Notes under the pieces: generated by a model | Databases searched by the model: none | What the model was told of the DNA's origin: nothing | Seen by the model: only the letters and a program-made list of their open reading frames with translations | From: a virus | Lineage: Duplodnaviria > Heunggongvirae > Uroviricota > Caudoviricetes | Length of the DNA stretch: 6,588 nt | Reading direction: 5' to 3' (one strand) | Virus record (IMG/VR): IMGVR_UViG_2548876940_000021 | Span: 1-6,588 of that record | Program-made: the position numbers and the translations under genes | Shown: positions 1-5,332 of the stretch, piece by piece | How positions within the stretch are numbered: the first letter of the stretch is position 1 | Layout of the letters: the number at the start of each line of letters is the position of its first letter

Positions 1-135
1 ATGATGCACTTTCAGCTCGCGGGTAGCGGCGTCATGTCCGCTTTCTACCCGCACGAATCTGAATTATCACGCCGAGTTAAACAATTAATCAGAGCAGCAA
101 AGAAACAACTGGAGGCGTTATGCGCAATGAAATAG
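1..135 (+). CDS. cIII-like small protein (FtsH/HflB protease inhibitor family), 44 aa; may extend upstream of the window
   Basis: Stop-free frame from position 1 (ATG ATG) to TAG at 133-135. The translation MMHFQLAGSGVMSAFYPHESELSRRVKQLIRAAKKQLEALCAMK resembles the lambda cIII core as I recall it (..AIAG.PVAG.PSESLLERITRKLRDGWKRLIDIL). Resemblance is from memory, not a search. Confidence 0.5.
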   Translation: MMHFQLAGSGVMSAFYPHESELSRRVKQLIRAAKKQLEALCAMK

Positions 136-272
136 CCATCAATCACCAGATGCTTCGAGCAGCACAAAACAAAGCAGTAATAGCCAGATTTATTGGTGAT
201 TCCAAAATGTGGCTTGAAGCAAATAAAGCGATGAAATCAGCTATCAACCTTCCGTGGTATCGCAGGAAATGA
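120..272 (+). CDS. Kil-like small protein (lambda Kil family, host cell-division inhibitor), 50 aa
   Basis: GGAGG at 111-115 followed by ATG at 120; overlaps the cIII-like ORF by 16 nt. The translation contains AVIARFIGDSKMWLEANKAMK, which resembles the lambda Kil motif I recall (ATFIGDEKMFREA..). Its position after cIII matches lambda gene order. Below the 60-aa cutoff of the ORF track. Confidence 0.45.
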   Translation: MRNEIAINHQMLRAAQNKAVIARFIGDSKMWLEANKAMKSAINLPWYRRK

Positions 273-376
273 GTTTTACAGATAACTGGTCAGACGAAGA
301 ATTCATTCGTCAGATGAAAGAAATGCTCAATCAGCATAAAGAACAGGAGAAAGATGATGATTCTGACTCTGAATGA
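269..376 (+). CDS. Small acidic hypothetical protein, 35 aa
   Basis: ATG at 269-271 overlaps the upstream TGA at 270-272 (ATGA coupling). Translation MSFTDNWSDEEFIRQMKEMLNQHKEQEKDDDSDSE has an acidic tail. Support is positional only. Confidence 0.3.
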   Translation: MSFTDNWSDEEFIRQMKEMLNQHKEQEKDDDSDSE

Positions 377-665
377 TAAGCGTGAAATATCGCAAATCAT
401 CGCAAGTTTTACCGATGAAGATTACGAGCGAATCAACAGTGAAGTTGATCGCCTCTGCAAACGTTGCGACCCAATAAGCGAAATGCTTCGCTCATATAAA
501 CCAGATGAACACACTAAGGACGCTATCGACTGGCTGGAAGATGATGACTGTAACTATCAGGAAAAAGCCGCTGAATGGTTCTGGGATGCAATAACCGAAA
601 GAGTTAAGGCTGAATATGCCTTCGCAATATTCAAACGCAGACATATTTATGGAGAAGCTGCATGA
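354..665 (+). CDS. Hypothetical phage early protein, 103 aa, at the position held by gam in lambda
   Basis: ORF with AGGAG at 345-349 and ATG at 354 or 357. Its stop TGA (663-665) overlaps the recT ATG (662-664). I see no recognisable similarity to lambda Gam. Confidence 0.6.
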   Translation: MMILTLNDKREISQIIASFTDEDYERINSEVDRLCKRCDPISEMLRSYKPDEHTKDAIDWLEDDDCNYQEKAAEWFWDAITERVKAEYAFAIFKRRHIYGEAA

Positions 666-1573
666 GCAATATCGTTGAATTCGTTAAACAGCAAGAGCAG
701 TTATTCTGCGGAGCATTGACTGAACAGACGGTGACATGGGCTAAGGAAAGCCAGTTTGCAATTCAGTATTTCCAGAAAAACGATTACCTGGCTAAAACGG
801 CACTGGCAAATCCAACCAGCGCACAGAACGCCATCATCAATGTTGCGGCGATCGGCATCACCTTAAACCCGGCCAGCAAACTGGCTTATCTGGTTCCGCG
901 CGACGGCATGGTGTGCCTTGATATCAGTTATATGGGATTGCTCCATATTGCAATGGAGTCTGGTGTTATCTCATGGGGTCAGGCAAAACTTGTTCATGCT
1001 AACGATACCTATGAGTCAAACGGGCTTGATAAAGCACCAACCCATAAATACAACGCCTTCGGTGATCGTGGTGATATCGTTGGCGTTTACTGCACAGTTA
1101 AGACGCCAGCAGGTGATTATCTAACGGAAGAGATGAGTCTGGCTGAAATTGAGGCTGTAAGGAAAACAAGCAAGGCGGCATTCAGCGATAAAGGACCATG
1201 GGTAAATCACTGGAATGAGATGGCGCGAAAGACGGTCGTAAAGCGTGCAAGCAAGTATTGGCCTAAGGCATCACGTCTTGATAGTGCTATTCACGTACTA
1301 AACGAAGAAGAAGGTGTGTGGACTGAACCAGTTATGCCGCACAAATCAGAGGAAGATATCCGCGAAGATGAACGGAAACGCCAGCAGGAAATAACGGATA
1401 AAGCACAACTTCTTTGTGATGAAATGGCTCATGCTGAAAACATGGATGATTTGAAGCGATATTTTGCAGAAGCATATCGCCTGACATCTGGAATGAAATT
1501 GCAGCAGAACGTACAAGCCATTTACGCAGAATGCAAAGCGAAACTGGAGGTTGCCAGTGAGCAAACTGTATGA
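662..1573 (+). CDS. recT: RecT-family single-strand annealing protein (Bet/RecT recombinase), 303 aa
   Basis: GGAG at 651-654 then ATG at 662. The segment GPWVNHWNEMARKTVVKRASKYWP matches the conserved RecT motif (Rac RecT GPWVTHWEEMAKKTAIRRLFKYLP, recalled). Size and operon position are appropriate. Confidence 0.9.
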   Translation: MSNIVEFVKQQEQLFCGALTEQTVTWAKESQFAIQYFQKNDYLAKTALANPTSAQNAIINVAAIGITLNPASKLAYLVPRDGMVCLDISYMGLLHIAMESGVISWGQAKLVHANDTYESNGLDKAPTHKYNAFGDRGDIVGVYCTVKTPAGDYLTEEMSLAEIEAVRKTSKAAFSDKGPWVNHWNEMARKTVVKRASKYWPKASRLDSAIHVLNEEEGVWTEPVMPHKSEEDIREDERKRQQEITDKAQLLCDEMAHAENMDDLKRYFAEAYRLTSGMKLQQNVQAIYAECKAKLEVASEQTV

Positions 1574-2039
1574 AATTGCCAATGAATACGCAAAATTGAT
1601 GGATTCAGATTTAGAACCAGAGATGATTGCTGACACAATAGAAGGCATGGAAGGAGAATTTACCGATAAAATAGAGCAACTTCTTTCCGTCATTAAAAAT
1701 GAATCTGGTTATGCCGAACGCCTCAAGGAAGAGGCAAAGTCACTGAATGAGCGAGCCGCAGTAATTCAAAATAAGATTGACAGCATTATGGCGTATATAG
1801 CGTCATCGCTTGAAATGGTTGGCAAGAAAAAGATTCGAGCAGGTATTCACCAGGTAACAATCCGCAAACCGTCAGAAACTGTAGAAATCATCGACTCAAG
1901 CGCCCTTCCTCCTGAATACGTTGAGTTTGAAACGACAATTAAAGCCGACAAACTGGCAATCAAACACCAACTAAAAGCAGGAATAAATATCCCCGGCGCT
2001 CAACTCAAAGTTGGGAAACCTTCACTTCTTATCAAATAA
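1557..2039 (+). CDS. Gp157-family phage protein (Sipho_Gp157-like), about 160 aa
   Basis: GGAGG at 1546-1550 then GTG at 1557 gives an N-terminus MSKLYEIANEYAKL, the characteristic MSKLYEL..Y start of Gp157-family proteins, followed by a coiled-coil-like region. It overlaps the recT 3' end. The ORF track's TTG at 1551 is in the same frame. Confidence 0.75.
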   Translation: MSKLYEIANEYAKLMDSDLEPEMIADTIEGMEGEFTDKIEQLLSVIKNESGYAERLKEEAKSLNERAAVIQNKIDSIMAYIASSLEMVGKKKIRAGIHQVTIRKPSETVEIIDSSALPPEYVEFETTIKADKLAIKHQLKAGINIPGAQLKVGKPSLLIK

Positions 2040-2050
2040 CGGTATCGACT

Positions 2051-2365
2051 ATGAAAAAGACTCCATGGGAGAAATGGGAAGTCGATTTCTTGCGCGAAGT
2101 ATCGGCGACAATGCCAGTTGAAGTTATCGCTGAAAAACTGGAAAGGACTGAAAAAGCAGTAATGGCGAAAGCAACAAGGATTGGTGCTGACATTGTTAGT
2201 CGACTTCGTGGAAGACGCTGGACAAGAGCCGAAGTATCACTTTTCGGTAAGTTCTCCGCAGAAGAAATAGCAATTGCAACCTGCCGCTCAATTTATTCAG
2301 TAAGGGCTATGCGATACAAGCTAAAAAAACTCGATGAAGAAAGAGCGGGCATACGAATAAATTAA
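2051..2365 (+). CDS. Small putative DNA-binding protein with two tandem HTH-like repeats (sigma-70 region 4 / Myb-like), 104 aa
   Basis: Two internal repeats of about 40 aa: [40 protein letters not shown] and [40 protein letters not shown]. Each carries an EIA..L..S/T...V-type recognition-helix pattern. Confidence 0.6.
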   Translation: MKKTPWEKWEVDFLREVSATMPVEVIAEKLERTEKAVMAKATRIGADIVSRLRGRRWTRAEVSLFGKFSAEEIAIATCRSIYSVRAMRYKLKKLDEERAGIRIN

Positions 2366-2381
2366 CAAAGAGGAATTTACC

Positions 2382-2549
2382 ATGAGAGGGCTTGCATACA
2401 ATCCCGGCATTCTTCCGGCAGAAATGATTATTCGCCAACGCGTAAAGCCAATGCCATCGAGAGAGGAATTGCTTAAGAGAAATTCTTTTCCGTCAGTAAA
2501 TCAAAACAAATATCTGAATGCGATGTGGCGCAAAGGAGGCAAGCAGTGA
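2382..2549 (+). CDS. Small hypothetical protein, 55 aa
   Basis: AGAGGA at 2369-2374 then ATG at 2382. Its stop TGA (2547-2549) overlaps the GTG start of the next gene (GTGA). Below the ORF-track cutoff. Confidence 0.45.
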   Translation: MRGLAYNPGILPAEMIIRQRVKPMPSREELLKRNSFPSVNQNKYLNAMWRKGGKQ

Positions 2550-2845
2550 GTGTATATCTTATTGATAAACGTCGACGTGGGCAACAAATACCACCTGTAG
2601 GAATTCCGAATCACACATGGTTTTGCGTACTTGATATCGATGGTATGGATGCGTTGGTTGACACTCGTCATTACTGCGATACCGCAACAGCTACTCCGGC
2701 GAAAGCAAAGAAAATGGCTGCTCTGATAGAAAACTGGACTCCACCTGATGGTTGGTGCAATGGGAATGATCGAGATTGGCATGAAAAAATGAAGGGCTAT
2801 ATCTGCGATTTCTTACGTAAATGCAACGGCTTCAGGGTGATGTGA
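2546..2845 (+). CDS. Hypothetical Cys/His-containing phage protein, 99 aa
   Basis: AGGAGG at 2534-2539 then GTG at 2546 six nt downstream. The ORF-track start at 2525 is the same frame, but 2546 has the better ribosome-binding site. Several Cys and His residues suggest possible metal binding. Confidence 0.6.
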   Translation: MSVYLIDKRRRGQQIPPVGIPNHTWFCVLDIDGMDALVDTRHYCDTATATPAKAKKMAALIENWTPPDGWCNGNDRDWHEKMKGYICDFLRKCNGFRVM

Positions 2846-2846
2846 C

Positions 2847-3485
2847 ATGAACAAGATTGACTATCAGGCACTGCGTGAAGCGGCAGAAAAAGCAACGTGT
2901 GGTGTGTGGTCGCTCGAATATGGAGAGGAGAGATTTGATGCTGGTGATGCGCTAATTCATCGTGACGTTGTTGGATATCTTCCCATTTGCAGAATTGAAG
3001 GAGCGCATCCAGAAAGCGGTTTCGATGAAGATTTCCAAATAGAACAGCAGGCCAATGCTGAATTCATCGCCGCAGCCAATCCGGCTACCGTCTTGGCGCT
3101 GCTTGGCGAGCTGGAAGCAGCAAAAAAGCGCATAGCAGAACTGGAAGCCGAACCTGTAAGCCAAACTTGCAAGTTGAACGAGCCATCGGGCAACTCTCCG
3201 GTAACTCCGGATGGTTGGATAAGCTGTAGTGAGCAGATGCCTGTAATCGGCGAGCTAAATTGGAGAACTAGTTTTCCTTTACTGGTTACGTGTGAGATCG
3301 GCGTTATACCTGCTTATTACGGCTTTGTGAGCGTTAATGGTGATAGGCATTATGGCTTTATGGAGAGTCTTAAATACGGAGACGATAACGGCAACCATCC
3401 TCAAACTAATGAATATGGTCTGATTAGCAATGTCACACACTGGATGCCTCTACCAGAACCGCCTCAGGAGGTTAACCGTGGCTAA
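2847..3485 (+). CDS. Ead/Ea22-like family protein with C-terminal DUF551-like domain, 212 aa
   Basis: N-terminus MNKIDYQALREAAEKAT..ANAEFIAAANPATVLALLGELEAAKKRIAELEA is typical of the Ead/Ea22-like N-region. The C-terminus ends ..VTHWMPLPEPPQ, the hallmark end of DUF551 proteins in enterobacterial prophages. Confidence 0.8.
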   Translation: MNKIDYQALREAAEKATCGVWSLEYGEERFDAGDALIHRDVVGYLPICRIEGAHPESGFDEDFQIEQQANAEFIAAANPATVLALLGELEAAKKRIAELEAEPVSQTCKLNEPSGNSPVTPDGWISCSEQMPVIGELNWRTSFPLLVTCEIGVIPAYYGFVSVNGDRHYGFMESLKYGDDNGNHPQTNEYGLISNVTHWMPLPEPPQEVNRG

Positions 3486-3759
3486 TCTGCAGCTTGCCGT
3501 TAAAGGTGAATACTTCGATGCCATGATTCGCGGTGAGAAAACGGAAGAGTATCGCTTGTGTAATGACTACTGGAATAAGCGAATTATGTTCCGGGAGTAT
3601 GACCGCCTGATTATCACAAAGGGATATCCGAAGCGCGACGACTTCAGTCGCAGAATTGATGTTCCGTATGACGGATATGAAATCAAGACAATCACACATC
3701 CCCACTTCGGCGATAAACCGGTAAAGGTGTTCGCGATAAAGGTGAATATCAATTGCTAA
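3478..3759 (+). CDS. ASCH/PUA-like domain protein, 93 aa
   Basis: AGGAGG at 3466-3471 then GTG at 3478, overlapping the upstream stop. The N-terminal motif LAVKGEYFDAMIRGEKTEEYR fits the ASCH GxKxxExR signature. The ORF-track start at 3430 would overlap the previous gene by 56 nt and is less likely. Confidence 0.65.
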   Translation: MANLQLAVKGEYFDAMIRGEKTEEYRLCNDYWNKRIMFREYDRLIITKGYPKRDDFSRRIDVPYDGYEIKTITHPHFGDKPVKVFAIKVNINC

Positions 3760-3783
3760 ATTAGTAGCATAGCATAAAGATGC

Positions 3784-3807
3784 TTGCATTAATGAAGTGT
3801 GTATAAT
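3784..3807 (+). promoter_or_regulatory. Candidate sigma-70 promoter for the AT-rich cassette (consensus -10 TATAAT at 3802-3807; weak -35)
   Basis: A perfect TATAAT sits about 65 nt upstream of the 63-aa ORF in AT-rich DNA. TTGCAT at 3784-3789 is only 12 nt upstream, which is suboptimal spacing, and hexamers at 16-18 nt spacing are poor. Confidence 0.3.
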
Positions 3808-3871
3808 AACGCCTCATCAATAGTAAACTACTGAAATAGCAAAAAAATGCATATTAAAGAGGATTCGAAAA

Positions 3872-4063
3872 TTGAAAATGTTCATGCAAATAGACAGACG
3901 CATAGATATTAATGGCAATTCATACTTAGTTAGATGCGAAGAGAGGCCTAACGGTGAGTGGCGTGTATATGATATTGACCGTAAGATCAATATCAGCACC
4001 ATGAACAAAGACACTGCCTTTGATGAATGGAAAGCTGAAGCTAAAAAACAACATAATTCGTAG
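3872..4063 (+). CDS. Hypothetical small protein in an AT-rich moron-like insertion, 63 aa
   Basis: ORF with AAAGAGGA at 3856-3863. Start is TTG at 3872, or ATG at 3878 or 3884 in the same frame. Translation MKMFMQIDRRIDINGNSYLVRCEERPNGEWRVYDIDRKINISTMNKDTAFDEWKAEAKKQHNS. The surrounding DNA is clearly more AT-rich than neighbouring genes, and a terminator follows. Confidence 0.5.
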   Translation: MKMFMQIDRRIDINGNSYLVRCEERPNGEWRVYDIDRKINISTMNKDTAFDEWKAEAKKQHNS

Positions 4064-4106
4064 AATTACAAAAACCCTAACCAATTGATGGTTTTCTTTT
4101 ATCTGA

Positions 4107-4130
4107 ACTCGCTACGGCGAGTTTTGTTTT
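4107..4130 (+). terminator. Rho-independent terminator-like hairpin plus T-tract
   Basis: Stem ACTCGC (4107-4112), loop TACG, stem GCGAGT (4117-4122), then TTTGTTTT (4123-4130). It lies 44 nt after the 63-aa ORF stop and directly before the ribosome-binding site of the 114-aa gene. Confidence 0.55.
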
Positions 4131-4143
4131 ATGGAGACAAGAA

Positions 4144-4488
4144 ATGTCAGATTTGGCTATGAAGGTTTTGAAATGGCAATCGACTGGCGATGTAGGCATC
4201 AGTAGCGCAACTCTTGCCTCAATCGCATGTGGACTGAAAAAGAATATCTATGGTCATAGCTTCGGTGCTCCACATGACGCAGCCGATTTCCGACGATGCG
4301 TTGCACTTGTTGAGCAGATTCCAGAAATCAGAGATTCATTCGACAAGGTTGCAAAGCGCGTTCCGGCATTCAAAGGCATCCTCAACGAATGGGATTCACT
4401 CGTTGCTCTGTTGAAGTCTGAAATGAAGACGTATGGGAACAAAGCACCAGAGACTTACAGAAGAATCAGCGAGCTACGCAAGGACTAA
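4144..4488 (+). CDS. Hypothetical phage protein, 114 aa
   Basis: GGAG at 4133-4136 then ATG at 4144. Clean ORF with ordinary composition and no family I can recognise. Terminator-like hairpins lie on both sides. Confidence 0.65.
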   Translation: MSDLAMKVLKWQSTGDVGISSATLASIACGLKKNIYGHSFGAPHDAADFRRCVALVEQIPEIRDSFDKVAKRVPAFKGILNEWDSLVALLKSEMKTYGNKAPETYRRISELRKD

Positions 4489-4545
4489 CCCACCTCACAC
4501 TCGATGAGGCCTGTTCATTGCTCAATGATATCCAGACCTACCATC

Positions 4546-4569
4546 GCCGCATCAATGCGGCTTTTTCTT
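4546..4569 (+). terminator. Rho-independent terminator-like hairpin plus T-tract
   Basis: GCCGC (4546-4550), loop ATCAAT, GCGGC (4557-4561), then TTTTTCTT (4562-4569). It lies 58 nt after the 114-aa ORF stop. Confidence 0.55.
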
Positions 4570-4611
4570 GCCTGATTTGCAGGTTCGATTCCCTATTCGG
4601 AGATAGCACTC

Positions 4612-4812
4612 ATGCAACACGAACTACAACCTGATTCACTGGTTGATTTGAAATTCATCATGGCCGATACTGGCTTCGGTAAAACCTTCATCTATGACCG
4701 GATTAAGTCCGGCGACCTGCCAAAAGCCAAAGTTATCCACGGGCGAGCAAGATGGTTATATCGTGACCATTGTGAATTCAAAAATAAGCTCTTAAGCCGC
4801 GCCAATGGGTAA
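4612..4812 (+). CDS. AlpA-family / excisionase-like HTH regulatory protein (Xis candidate), 66 aa
   Basis: GGAG at 4599-4602 then ATG at 4612. The translation LVDLKFIMADTGFGKTFIYDRIKSGDLPKAKVIHGRARWLYRDHCEFKNKLL follows the AlpA/Xis HTH pattern (..tG.s..tiY.li..G.fP.p.k.g.r..W...ev..w). It is the last gene of the + strand operon. Confidence 0.75.
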   Translation: MQHELQPDSLVDLKFIMADTGFGKTFIYDRIKSGDLPKAKVIHGRARWLYRDHCEFKNKLLSRANG

Positions 4813-4828
4813 AATAGCGGGTAAAATA
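4807..4828 (+). repeat. Tandem direct repeat GGGTAAAATA x2 (period 12) spanning the AlpA-like stop codon
   Basis: Read directly: GGGTAAAATA at 4807-4816 and again at 4819-4828, separated by GC. This is where recombinase arm-type or regulator binding sites might be expected. Confidence 0.6.
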
Positions 4829-4861
4829 TTTCTCACATCTAAAAAACTCCATTCCAATCAA

Positions 4862-4895
4862 TCCCCTGCCGCTTCAAGTAGATGTCTGCAGGGGA
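4862..4895. repeat. Perfect 8-bp inverted repeat TCCCCTGC / GCAGGGGA with an 18-nt spacer
   Basis: Read directly: 4862-4869 and 4888-4895 are reverse complements. No T-tract follows, so it looks more like a protein-binding or recombination site than a terminator. Confidence 0.55.
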
Positions 4896-5288
4896 CACCA
4901 GATACCCTTCAAACGAAATCTACCTTCACCCCGTAAAAGATAGGTTTGGCAGCACACTTGCCTTATATCTACTCATTTTTACTGCAACAGGTTGAAATCT
5001 CAGCACTGTCAGAAAGCGCTGATGACTAAACAGCCCTGGGCCGGGCGATGTAACCATCACACAGAATCCTGATAGCGAAATATGGCGTGACTCGATACTT
5101 CACTCCGCAATGCATTCCTTGATGAATTCGCAGGACCGTGATACACGGGACAGGTCGCTGAATGACGACAATGTCCTGGAAATCAGCGAACCGCGCATCT
5201 GAAGTACATTTGAGCGACTGTACCAGAACATGAATGAGGCGTTTGGATTAGGTGATTATTAGCAGGGCTAAGCACTTTAGTATTATTA

Positions 5289-5332
5289 TTTTCCGGTTGA
5301 GGGATAGGGAGATATCGACAACAACCGGAAAA
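5289..5332. repeat. Perfect 11-bp inverted repeat TTTTCCGGTTG / CAACCGGAAAA with a 22-nt spacer, 9 nt beyond the MFS gene stop; possible terminator or junction element
   Basis: Read directly: 5289-5299 and 5322-5332 are reverse complements. It sits between convergent transcription units, and neither strand has a clean U-tract after it. Confidence 0.45.

Larger units (their letters stand above)
1..4830 (+). mobile_element. Segment of a lambdoid prophage early-left operon (cIII/kil-like genes, recombination module, ea-type accessory region, Xis-like gene); left boundary outside window, right boundary approximate
   Basis: Gene order cIII-like, Kil-like, RecT, Gp157, Ea22/DUF551, ASCH, AlpA-like, all on the + strand with repeated stop/start overlaps; this is the typical pL operon layout read toward the attachment site. 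The chromosomal-looking MFS gene is convergent downstream. Confidence 0.7.

Noticed and set aside
918-1124. 68-aa + strand ORF inside recT in another frame
   Set aside because: Wholly nested in the well-supported RecT reading frame; no ribosome-binding site and a low-complexity translation. Frame artifact.
1346-1693. 115-aa minus-strand ORF antisense to recT and the Gp157 gene
   Set aside because: Antisense to two well-supported coupled genes with an implausible hydrophobic, low-complexity product; likely spurious.
2501-2782. 93-aa minus-strand ORF antisense to the 55-aa and 99-aa genes
   Set aside because: Antisense overlap with a coherent + strand operon and no start-signal support.
2952-3193. 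Two minus-strand ORFs (70 aa and 78 aa) antisense to the Ea22/DUF551 gene
   Set aside because: Ala/Ser-rich, low-complexity translations typical of antisense frames of a real gene.
3430-3477. ORF-track upstream ATG start (3430) for the ASCH-like gene
   Set aside because: It would overlap the preceding gene by 56 nt. GTG at 3478 is preceded by a strong AGGAGG at optimal spacing and begins right at the conserved ASCH N-terminal motif.
3472-3789. Minus-strand ORFs (105 aa and 61 aa) antisense to the ASCH-like gene
   Set aside because: Antisense frame artifacts; no supporting signals.
3817-4014. 65-aa minus-strand ORF antisense to the 63-aa moron gene
   Set aside because: AT-rich DNA gives long open frames by chance. 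The + strand ORF has the ribosome-binding site, promoter-like element and downstream terminator in the right orientation. An antisense toxin-type peptide cannot be fully excluded, but there is no evidence for it.
4254-4442. 62-aa minus-strand ORF antisense to the 114-aa gene
   Set aside because: Nested antisense with no start signals; spurious.
4570-4611. Sigma-70 promoter for the AlpA-like gene (TTGCAG at 4577-4582)
   Set aside because: No convincing -10 hexamer at appropriate spacing; any candidate overlaps the ribosome-binding site. Not reported as a feature.
5026-5247. Stop-free frames about 55-73 codons long on both strands in the junction region (for example + strand 5029-5196, minus strand 5247-5029)
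   Set aside because: No acceptable start codon or ribosome-binding site, and the translations do not resemble integrase or any family I can recognise. They may be remnants of a degraded gene, but I cannot support a pseudogene call without a database search (tblastn or blastx of 4830-5340).
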